DNA of 19,715 bases, taken from NCBI RefSeq assembly GCF_006345805.1, contig NW_021824239.1:1-19715 (forward strand), given 5' to 3'. A model generated the notes under the pieces. That model was not told the DNA's origin. It made no database searches and saw only the letters and a list, made by a program, of their open reading frames with translations. How positions within the stretch are numbered: position 1 is the first letter of the stretch; every line of letters starts with the position of its first letter. The translations under genes were made by a program, and so were the position numbers. The DNA comes from Octopus sinensis (lineage: Eukaryota). Positions 10,041-18,690 of this stretch are shown here, in pieces.

Positions 10041-10409
10041 AATACACACACAGAGAAAGAGAGGGACGTATATATACGCACACTCGCTCATATATATATC
10101 AATTATAAATAAACACCCACACAAACACGTACACAAATATTCGAGAAGCAGTTCAAATGGAAGCGGTGACGTACATTGTAGTTCTTAACATATCAGGTAA
10201 AAATATACCCCTCGAATGGAAAAATGTGAGCAGAAGCATTCAAGAATATTGAACCATGTCTTTGCCGTTTGCCGGAGGGCTGATGGTAATAACTTTCAAC
10301 GGTCCATTTTAGAAGCTTTTACTTCACAATTTAGAAAGTAAATTTGTTGTAGTCCGCTTGAATCATTAAGGAATTTGAAAATAAATCTTTTTAAAGAGCT
10401 CCCTCTGTT

Positions 10410-10821
10410 ACTCTCTTTTACTCTTTTACTTGTTTCAGTCATTTGACTGCGGCCATGCTGGAGCACCGCCTTTAGTCGAGCAAATCGACCCCAGGACTTA
10501 TTCTTTGTAAGCCCAGTACTTATTATTCTATCGGTCTCTTTTGCCGAACCGCTAAGTGACGGGGACGTAAACACACCAGCATCGGTTGTCAAGCAATGCT
10601 AGGGGGACAAAAACAGACACACAAACATACACGCACACATATATATATATACATACATATATACGACGGGCTTCTTTCAGTTTCCGTCTACCAAATCCAC
10701 TCACGAGGTATTGGTCGGCCCGGGGCTATAGCAGAAGACACTTGCCCAAGATGCCACGCAGTGGGACTGAACCCGGAACCATGTGGTTGGTTAGCAAGCT
10801 ACTTACCATACAGCCACTCCT
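10410..10821 (-). mobile_element. SINE family A, near full length
   Basis: Reverse complement of the family from tail (tactcttttacttgtttcagtc) to head (cttaccatacagccactcct). Confidence 0.9.
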
Positions 10822-11347
10822 CTGGTTACTTTTACTGCATATGTTAAGAATCATTAGTTTTATTTTAGCAGCTTCTTAAAAAAAAAAAACCCCGGTTTAT
10901 TTCACATTTCTCAATGGTTCGGCCGAGCCAAACCTAATTTACTTTCGAGCTTGTAAATTTAAAGCTTCTAATTTCGAGTGTGAAGGTTGTTAGGTAGCCT
11001 TCGTGCAGTGGAATTATGACCTTTCATCATAAAACAAATATGTGGTTTGATTTTCGGAGGTGATTCTGTTCACTTTTGCATATTCTGTCTAAGAGTTATT
11101 TTTACTCGATGTGTGCGTAATTCAGGATATCTAACCCAAGTATAATGTAGATAATTCTAGTCATTTGTGTGAAAGCCATAGCTGTAAAGATTGAGAGGCT
11201 GTATCATTATGTTGTTATTCTCCGAAATAAATAGAAAAATAACTGAGAATCTAACATAACTATTTCGGGACATTTACCCCTCATCAGAGAAAATGTCCTA
11301 TTTCTTTAGCTATCCTGTGAACTTTTAAATTTAAATCGTTATATATA

Positions 11348-11747
11348 TTTCTTTACTACCCACAAGGGGTTAAACGCAGAGGGGACAAACAAGGACAGAC
11401 AAAGAGATTAAGTCGATTACATCGACCCCAGTGCGTAACTGGTACTTAATTTATCGACCCCGAAAGTCGACTTCGGCGGAATTTGAACTCAGAACGTGGC
11501 GACAGACGAAATACCTATTTCTTTACTACCCACAAGCGGCTAAACACACAGGAGACAAACAAGGACAGACAAAGGGATTAAGTCGATTACATCGACCCCA
11601 GTGCGAAACTGGTTGTTCATTTATCGACCCCGAAAGGATGAAAGGCAAAGTTGACCTCGGCGGAACTTGAACCCAGAACGTAACGGCAGACGAAATACCG
11701 CTAAGCATTTCGCCCGGCGCGCTAACGCTTCTGCCAGCTTGCCGCCT
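11348..11747 (-). mobile_element. SINE family B head-to-tail dimer (full copy 11516-11747 plus headless copy 11348-11515)
   Basis: Minus-strand head ggcggcaagctggcagaagcgttag (A box) and ctgggttcaagttcc (B box). Body repeated twice. Perfect 18-bp TSD tttaaatcgttatatata at 11330-11347 and 11748-11765. Confidence 0.9.
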
Positions 11748-11898
11748 TTTAAATCGTTATATATAGCAATAACTACCAGGGTTTAACATTCACAGTCGTT
11801 CTGATTTGCATAGGATTTACTGATGGGCTGACTAATGTACTACATGCAAATCAAGACAGCTCTTAATGTCATATCTTAATAACTAACTCATAAATTAC

Positions 11899-11901
<3 letters not shown>

Positions 11902-11968
<67 letters not shown>
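11902..11968. repeat. (TC)n microsatellite
   Basis: Direct reading. Confidence 0.95.
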
Positions 11969-11970
<2 letters not shown>

Positions 11971-12019
11971 CCCTTTCCTCTTGCTTTCTCTTCTTTATAT
12001 AACGATTTAGATCCAAAGT

Positions 12020-12157
12020 TGTCTGCGTAGCCGGAAAACAATGATAGCTCATTGATGAAATAGTTATGCCGAAACGGATCTGTAAGAGGAACCCCAGTTA
12101 GTTTTGCGTTAGAATTTATAAGGGCAAATAAGCTACGAATTCCTTGTCCACCTTTTC
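12020..12157 (-). pseudogene. Possible eroded non-LTR reverse-transcriptase core fragment
   Basis: Stop-free minus frame GKGGQGIRSLFALINSNAKLTGVPLTDPFRHNYFINELSLFSGYADNF loosely resembles RT motifs GVPQGS...FN.FINDL...YADD; spacing is imperfect. Confidence 0.33.
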
Positions 12158-12268
12158 CTTTTAAAAATACACAAACTTGGTATTCTATTGAAAACTATTA
12201 TTGATCCTTCAATTTGATGTTCAACTGATTTTATACTTAATTTTATATAGAAACAATAATTGATATAC

Positions 12269-12319
12269 GCATGACCGCAGTCTAATGACTGAAACAAGAA
12301 AAATATTAAAGATAAAAGA
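12269..12319 (+). mobile_element. 3' tip of SINE family A
   Basis: gcatgaccgcagtctaatgactgaaacaag matches the family tail gcatggccgcagtcaaatgactgaaacaag. Confidence 0.7.
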
Positions 12320-12540
12320 TACATGCATACATATACGCGGCGGCGCATGCACATATATATGTGTGTGTGTGTGAGTGCGTATAATATAATTACGCATATA
12401 TATAATACACACATACACATATGAATATAGAGGCAGGCAAATAGATACACAGGCAGACTAACAGACAAACAGACAGATAGATGGGTTGTGAGATAGGCAG
12501 CCAGACTGACAGACAAACAGACAGATAAATAGACAGATCG

Positions 12541-12800
12541 AGAGAGATTGAGAGAGAGAGAAGGAGACAAGGAGAGAGAGAGAGAGAGTGAGAAGGAGAC
12601 AAGGAGAGAGAAAGAGGGAGAGAAGGAGACAAGGAGAGAGAGAGAACGAGACAAGGAGAGAGAGATGGAGAGAAGGAGACAAGGAGAGAGAGAGAGAGAG
12701 AGAGAAGGAGACAAGGAGAGAGTGAGAGAAGGAGACAAGGTGAGAGAGAGGGAGAGAGGGAGAGAAGAGTCAAGGAGAGAGAGAGAAGGAGAGAGAGACA
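12541..12800. repeat. Purine-rich GA minisatellite with GAGACAAGG core
   Basis: gagacaagg at 12564, 12596, 12626, 12648, 12676, 12708 and 12732, plus variant gagtcaagg at 12767, separated by variable (GA)n. Confidence 0.9.
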
Positions 12801-13315
12801 TAGATAGATACACATACACATGCTCACACGTACAAGAAATAACCTTTGATCATGGGGGCTACGAAATGAGGATTTTCTTAGGGATAAACGATACATCACG
12901 GACGATGACGATGACGACGACGAAAACAACCGCCACACATAACAGACATTACGCCATAACTAATACTAACCAAAAAAATATTTTGGACCGAAGCCAGGCC
13001 CTTCCTCGCTAACTTCCGCATTTTAATTTCGCTATTTCAACCTGTGTGATTAGTGGAAATATTGTCACACATTTTGGCTTGTTTTTCTTTGAAGGAAACA
13101 ACAAAACAAGCACTTAAACAGAAAAAAAAAAACGTGCCCACTACATTCAAGGCACAATCATGCATGGATATTACAAATTGCATTCCGCGGACTAGTTTTA
13201 CAAAGTTTACATACGCGGCTCTTATAGTGTTTCATTCTGTCTCGGAGCCTGTCTGCCTCTTTCTCTCTCTTTCTTACTCTCTCTCTCTCTTTCCTCTCTT
13301 TCTCTCTCTTTCTTA

Positions 13316-13346
<31 letters not shown>

Positions 13347-13612
13347 ACACACACATATGCATACATACATACATACATACATGCGTGTGTACATACATAC
13401 ATACGTACATACATACATACATACATACATATCAAATTCAAATTACGATGAACGGAAACAAACAAACGAAGTTTGCTATAGAAGCGTTGAGATGTCTTAG
13501 AAAGTTAAAGAAGTGATTTTTTAAATTCTCAAACGCAGGATTATGCTAATAATATAGCCTGAACAGGATAAGCTACCCATATTTTGCAAATATATATATA
13601 TATAATACAAAT

Positions 13613-13717
13613 TTGGCCAGCGGGGTGGCGTCATTTCAAGGCTAAAACAATGCGAAGAGCATTGTGACCAGCGATGTGTCACATCTGATAGCCTGGTCGA
13701 TCACGGTGATCACGGTG
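13613..13717 (+). mobile_element. 5'-truncated retroposon (SINE-like 3' end)
   Basis: 105-bp insert ending in tandem tcacggtga tail units; perfect 13-bp TSD atataatacaaat at 13600-13612 and 13718-13730. Confidence 0.7.
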
Positions 13718-13718
13718 A

Positions 13719-13875
13719 TATAATACAAATAAGAAAATGAAGAAACAAATTTAGTTGGTTCATCAGCTTTCGGATATTAGAATGTTGACTTATTTATTTA
13801 TTTAAGTCAACATTCTAAAATCCGAAAGCTGATGAACCAACTAAATTGTTTCTCCATTTTCTTATTTGTATTATA
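13719..13875. mobile_element. 157-bp fold-back element / MITE
   Basis: Arms 13719-13792 (74 nt) and 13803-13875 (73 nt) are reverse complements with 2 substitutions and 1 indel; 10-nt loop tttatttatt; TA at both termini. Confidence 0.75.
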
Positions 13876-14043
13876 AATTAATGGTAAAATATTTCTTTAC
13901 CTTCACCCATTTAATACAATAAGTAAGTTAATTGCATTGCAATTAAAAACACTTGTGTATTAATAATTTTGGTATTATACCAACAGTATATTGGATAAAT
14001 ATTATCCCTTAGTGGGTTGGATCCACAACCCCTAACTTACTTG

Positions 14044-14077
<34 letters not shown>

Positions 14078-14080
<3 letters not shown>

Positions 14081-14276
14081 AAGTATACTAGCCATCTCAA
14101 TATGGCTAACCACTAAGGGTGGGTGTTACTATAGCTTTTAGCCCCAGGAGATCATCGTCTCCAGCTGGCTTTAGGCACACTAAAGCCAGCTGGAGACGAT
14201 GATCTCCTGGGGCGAAAAGCTACAGTAACTTCCACCCTTAGTGGTTAGCCATATTGAGATGGCTAGTATACTTTAC
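14078..14276. repeat. 199-bp palindrome, copy 1
   Basis: Arms 14078-14174 and 14180-14276 (97 nt each, 4 mismatches); loop gcaca. Confidence 0.95.
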
Positions 14277-14350
14277 GTTGTCGAGCAGTTACTGTTTACA
14301 TCTCGTTTAGAGATTTATTATTGCTATATATATATTATATATATATATAT

Positions 14351-14548
14351 GTAAAGTATACTAGCCATCTCAATATGGCTAACCACTAAGGGGGGTGTTA
14401 CTATAGCTTTTAGCCCCAGGAGATCATCGTCTCCAGCTGGCTTTAGGCACACTAAAGCCAGCTGGAGACGATGATCTCCTGGGGCGAAAAGCTACAGTAA
14501 CTTCCACCCTTAGTGGTTAGCCATATTGAGATGGCTAGTATACTTTAC
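14351..14548. repeat. 198-bp palindrome, copy 2 (tandem duplicate, period 273 bp)
   Basis: Identical to copy 1 except one lost T in the left arm (gggtggg to gggggg). Both copies are followed by the same 48-bp trailer (14277-14324, 14549-14596) and separated by (TA)n. Confidence 0.95.
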
Positions 14549-14595
14549 GTTGTCGAGCAGTTACTGTTTACATCTCGTTTAGAGATTTATTATTG

Positions 14596-14626
<31 letters not shown>

Positions 14627-14627
<1 letters not shown>

Positions 14628-15023
14628 TAGCAGTATCGCCCAGCGTTGCTCGGGTTTGTAAGGGAAATAACTATATAAGCATTTTTAGAGAGTTATAGCC
14701 AAAAAATAGCAAAAAATGCATTAAAAATGGAAAAAAATGATGGTAAATTTTTTTTTTAATCGTTGACACATCGTAGACATTTTTAGAGAGTTACTTCCCT
14801 TATATAATAGCGAAAAAATGCATTAAAATGGAAAAAAATGATGGTAAATTTTTTTTAAAAATCGTAGACTCATCGTAGACGCGCGCTAATACCCAGAAGG
14901 GATCGATATGAATCACGACTATAAGATACCCGGTTTTGGTTAAACTGCACCGCAAAATGCGGGAGTAGTTAGGAATCTAAATCGTAGGAGACAGACACAC
15001 AACTTGACTTTTATATATAAAGA
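14627..15023 (-). mobile_element. Non-autonomous Helitron, family H1, copy 2 (~397 bp)
   Basis: Same TC...hairpin-CTAG ends and A^T insertion as 48-442; roughly 95% identical by eye; sits within (TA)n. Confidence 0.82.
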
Positions 15024-15320
15024 TATATATATACACCCACATACATATATTTATAAAGAGAATAGTATGTATTTTAAAGAGAATATACTGTATATATGAC
15101 TAATAAACGAACTTCGTGGATGTGCAATTCTCTTTTATCATTTTAACGTCTTATAATATATTGAGACATAGCTTATGAACCCAATCGTTGTTTATTTGAA
15201 GAGAAAAAGGGGATTCTGTAAGACTGGTGGAGACTTTTTTGGTAAGGGAGTCAGATCGAGAGAGATAGAGATAGAGAGAAGAAAGAGAGAGAGCAAGAGA
15301 GAAGTATACATGTACGTAAA

Positions 15321-15578
15321 GGCGCATGGCTTAGTGAGTTCGATTCCCAGATCGGGCATTGCGTTGCGGTCTTGAACAAAGCACCTCATTTCACGTTGCT
15401 CTACGATCGTTTCGACGTCTGACATGTGGCACCCAGTTGCACCTGTACAGGTAATGTCGATCTGATGGAGGGAGTGAGCTTATGTCTTCACAAACATTTG
15501 ATCAATATAAATAAATCATCTTTTGTGGCTGTTCAGTTAGAAATTGTCGAACTCTCATAGGTCTTCTAACGACGGGAG
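15321..15578 (+). mobile_element. tRNA-derived SINE family C with collapsed head
   Basis: ggcgcatggcttagtg (A box) fused directly to agttcgattccc (B box), followed by ttgcggtcttgaacaaagcacctcatttcacgttgctc, resembling a common SINE central motif. The 3' boundary is approximate. Confidence 0.55.
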
Positions 15579-15586
15579 ATTCCATC

Positions 15587-15629
<43 letters not shown>

Positions 15630-16119
15630 GGGAAGAGAGAGAAAGAGTGAGTGAGAGAGAGAGAGAGAAATTCATTCAACACTTGATTTTAACCATTTTA
15701 GGCAACATCCTCTCAAGCAACAATGTCGACGACTCGACGAATCGACGGCTACGACTAAAACGGTGACGATGACTATAATGATGAAGATGACGATGAGGAT
15801 GATGAGATGACAGTGAGAATGATAACAGTGATGGTAGTGGTGGTGGAGGTGGTAACGGAAATGGCGATGAGGATGGTGTTGATGGTGAGAGTATGATAAT
15901 AATAATAATGTAATCTGAGATGATAAACAAATTCTCTCCTACCCTTAATAAAATAATATTAAAACAAATATATAATTAAAAAAAAAGGCAATTCCAATTA
16001 ATTACTTAATTAAAAATTCACGGAAACCCAGAAAGTTAACACTCCCCACCCCATTGCCTCAACCCCCGACACTCACCAGCAACACCTAACACCCAACGAA
16101 TTCAAGAGTTATGCAACGC

Positions 16120-16120
16120 G

Positions 16121-16151
<31 letters not shown>

Positions 16152-16165
16152 GGGTGATGATGATG

Positions 16166-16197
<32 letters not shown>

Positions 16198-16240
16198 GAT
16201 GACGGTGATGGTGGTGGTGACGGTGGCGGTGATGGTGTTA
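16120..16240. repeat. Compound (AGT)n/(GAT)n/(GGT)n trinucleotide repeats
   Basis: Direct reading; explains ORFs 16086-16268 and 16111-16299. Confidence 0.93.
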
Positions 16241-16620
16241 TTAGTAGCTGTTGTTTAGCTCCAGGCAAGCCCCGATCGAGCAGACGGGCTTATGATTAGA
16301 GACATTTCGCAGTAAACAACAATCTCATTTCTGATTTTGCATATTCTGAATCGAGAGCAATTTGGCTCTTACATTTAGCAGGTCGAGCCCTACTTAATGT
16401 AATAGTAGTAGTAGCATTTACTGCTGTCGTTGTTGTTTAATCCAGAGGTCGACGAACTTTTATCAACTTTTTTCTAGCTGAGTAAGATAGGAGATATTTT
16501 TTTTTGTTTTGAGGACCAAAGCGAATAAAACACATGAATGCTTTTCCAATGGTTAAAAGAAACAGCAATATTTATCTTGAGTTGGTCGCCTATTTTCCGG
16601 CGTCATATGTGTTTGTTCAG

Positions 16621-16940
16621 GCGACGCGGATAAAATTAGTCTTCGGTAAATGGAGCACGTTTTGCCATATACATCGGCCAGTACCTCCTGTAACTCCTCA
16701 TTCGAGGTCACGTATAGATTGCTTCTTTTATTTTTTACTATTGTTATTTCTGATTTTGCCTGGTCTATGCAATTTCCTCCTCTCACATTCGTCGAATGAA
16801 GTAAGTGTTTAGGCAAGTAGATGTCATTTGTGACATAACCTCGTCCTCAACGCTTTCCCTTTTTCCTACAGTTATGTTAAGTCAGGTCACTTAGTTTATC
16901 GTTCAGTGTTAGCAAATAAATGAATGTTGTTGCCGTTGTT
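16621..16940 (+). other. Candidate exon (16621-16800), 71-nt intron (16801-16871) and terminal exon with AATAAA
   Basis: tttgttcag acceptor; GTAAGT donor at 16801; ctttccctttttcctacag acceptor at 16871; AATAAA at 16915-16920 followed by GT/T-rich sequence. Confidence 0.33.
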
Positions 16941-16941
16941 G

Positions 16942-16976
<35 letters not shown>

Positions 16977-17353
16977 TTCGTTAGAAAATCAATCTGGAAC
17001 GTATTGCTTTACATTGCTGTTGCTGCTACAACTGTGACCTGAAACGCATTGTGTCACTTTCGAGACGGCCATTTTGCAACACAAGTTCATATTACAAATA
17101 GGTAATTAGCAAAAATTTATAAAATAGTTTTAAATGTCTAAAGACAAACCTTTCCGTTATTCCGTTACTCTGGATAACGGAGAAGACATTTAAATGTTCA
17201 AAAGTTGTTTTGTGGTAAACGGAAAACGAATTAGTTGTTTTGCTTGTTTTGTTTTTGCTTTCATAAGTTAATACTGGGAGAAAATGTCTGATTACGGGAA
17301 ACTGTGTGAAACGTTGACGTTCAGAGTGAGCTACTGCAACCACAATGACAATG

Positions 17354-17623
17354 ATAATGCCACCAAGAAAATGAATTAACACCGCCGTGAAATTCACAGA
17401 CGAGATGGCCAAGTACAGAGATCTGGATATCGAAAACAACATGATGTGAAAAATGAAGACCGAAATAATATCAGCAAAAGTAAGAGCACCAGGATTCATG
17501 GAGAAGGGAAATAAAAAAAAGTTCGCCAGCTTCATCGCAAGCAGCATCAATATTTATGCAGTCAAGAAGATCGCACTACTTGGAACAGATCACATACTAC
17601 GAAAAATGCTGTCAGTCAAGTGA
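17354..17623 (+). pseudogene. 3' end of ORF of an RLE-type non-LTR retrotransposon (R4/Dong-like)
   Basis: One frame gives IMPPRK*INTAVKFTDEMAKYRDLDIENNMM*KMKTEIISAKVRAPGFMEKG...AVKKIALLGTDHILRKMLSVK*, matching from memory KYxDLxIEIxRMWxxKTxxIPVIVGALG...IQKIALLGTAHILRK; TGA at the conserved W. Confidence 0.72.
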
Positions 17624-17716
17624 GAATTTTTCTTATAGCGTGTTAGGTCTCGGCCACGCGGGATATGAAAACAAGAAATGCAAAATGAACAACAGTAATA
17701 AAAATTATTTTTAATA

Positions 17717-17872
17717 TTGGTACAAGAGCAGTAGTAAAGGTCGACGGTTTATTTTATCGACTTCGGTGGGATGAAAGGCAAAATGAGCCTCGGCGCGATT
17801 CGAACTCAGAACATAAAGAGCTGCAATTAAATACCGTAAAGTACTTTTCTGGTACTCTAACAGTTCGTCGCC
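17717..17872 (-). mobile_element. Degenerate SINE family B
   Basis: tttatcgacttcggtgggatgaaaggcaaaatgagcctcggcgcgattcgaactcagaac...cgtcgcc parallels 11516-11747. Confidence 0.7.
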
Positions 17873-17898
17873 TTAAACAACAACATCATCAACAACAA

Positions 17899-18066
17899 CA
17901 CGTTGACATACACACTCACACACACTTTATGATATGCATAACTTGCCACGTGCAGTTATTTAAATTTTAAGACTTGCTGAGGTGTTTGGATTGGGCGTCA
18001 GCCGGAACAGTTTCACCAGCCATGTCTTACTGTCTAACATATAAAGTGCATATGTGCGTGTATAAC
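17899..18066 (+). repeat. ~170-bp dispersed direct repeat, copy 1
   Basis: Matches 19204-19406, including an identical core taagacttgctgaggtgtttggattgggcgtcag. Confidence 0.9.
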
Positions 18067-18081
18067 AACAACAATAATAAT

Positions 18082-18292
18082 GATTTCAAATTTTGGCACA
18101 AGACCACTATGTCGGTGGAGGGGTAAGTCGATTACATCGATCCGAGTGCTCACCTGGTACTTATTTCATCAATCCTGAAAGGGATGAAAGGCAAAATCGA
18201 CTTCGACGGAATTTGAACTCAGAAAATAAGGATGGACGAAATACCGCTAAGTATTTTGTCCGATGTGCTAACGATACTACCACCTCACCGCC
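18082..18292 (-). mobile_element. SINE family B variant, near full length
   Basis: Head caccgcc at the right end, B box as atttgaactcag, body gatgaaaggcaaaatcgac and gtcgattacatcga; 3' end ttttggcacaag followed by an (ATT)n tail on the minus strand. Confidence 0.82.
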
Positions 18293-18301
18293 TTAACATA
18301 A

Positions 18302-18303
18302 CG

Positions 18304-18342
<39 letters not shown>

Positions 18343-18358
18343 GCAACAATAATAATAA
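18302..18358. repeat. (AAT)n microsatellite
   Basis: Direct reading. Confidence 0.95.
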
Positions 18359-18534
18359 TCGCTGTGAAAACAACATCCATTCACGAATTTATTTATTTAC
18401 TAATTTTTTTCATACATATTTTACCTGTGAATTTGCGTGTGTAATCTGGGAATGCATACAATGAGCTTCTCTGCCCTAGGTGTACGGAAAACACTCGGCG
18501 AGAAACGGAAGAAAATTTGAAGAAAGAAGGAAAA

Positions 18535-18542
18535 ATAATAAC

Positions 18543-18594
<52 letters not shown>
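18535..18594. repeat. (AAT)n microsatellite
   Basis: Direct reading. Confidence 0.95.
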
Positions 18595-18600
18595 GGGGCT

Positions 18601-18690
18601 GCAGTACCAGTGATTGTAGAATCTCTAGGAATGATAAAAAAAGGTACTGAAACCTATTTGAAAATTATACCAGGCTTACCATCCCTACAG
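18601..18690 (+). pseudogene. Second short R4/Dong-like RLE-LINE fragment
   Basis: AVPVIVESLGMIKKGTETYLKIIPGLPSLQ matches from memory IPVIVGALGMIKKGTxKYLxxIPGxPSL; ends in a perfect 17-bp tandem duplication caggcttaccatcccta (18671-18687, 18688-18704). Confidence 0.65.

Noticed and set aside
11690-11747. tRNA gene at the SINE heads (also 4644, 9476, 15321)
   Set aside because: A and B boxes are present but there is no cloverleaf or acceptor stem, and each continues into a SINE body.
12011-12081. + strand 71-nt exon after the (TC)n tract
   Set aside because: Stops in all three frames, a modest donor, and the pyrimidine tract is just a microsatellite.
12133-13012. Long SL-rich and RE-rich ORFs
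   Set aside because: Products of the GA/CT minisatellite.
13820-13860. Hammerhead ribozyme (GAAA and CTGATGA present in the fold-back arm)
   Set aside because: GAAA lies immediately before CTGATGA with no room for stems I and III, and no GAAA follows a stem II.
14047-14626. CRISPR-like or array-type interpretation of the repeated palindromic unit
   Set aside because: Only two units, the 'spacer' is identical in both, and the context is eukaryotic with no cas genes.
15700-15910. Acidic/Gly-rich exon after a ttttag acceptor
   Set aside because: Stops in all three frames; degenerate GAT/GGT repeat.
16071-16090. Minus-strand donor CTG|GTGAGT
   Set aside because: No convincing acceptor or exon upstream; it runs into trinucleotide repeats.
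16553-16816. Minus-strand 87-aa ORF containing EELQEVLADVYGK
   Set aside because: Non-ATG start, no minus-strand splice signals, no recognised family; the splice signals here favour the + strand.
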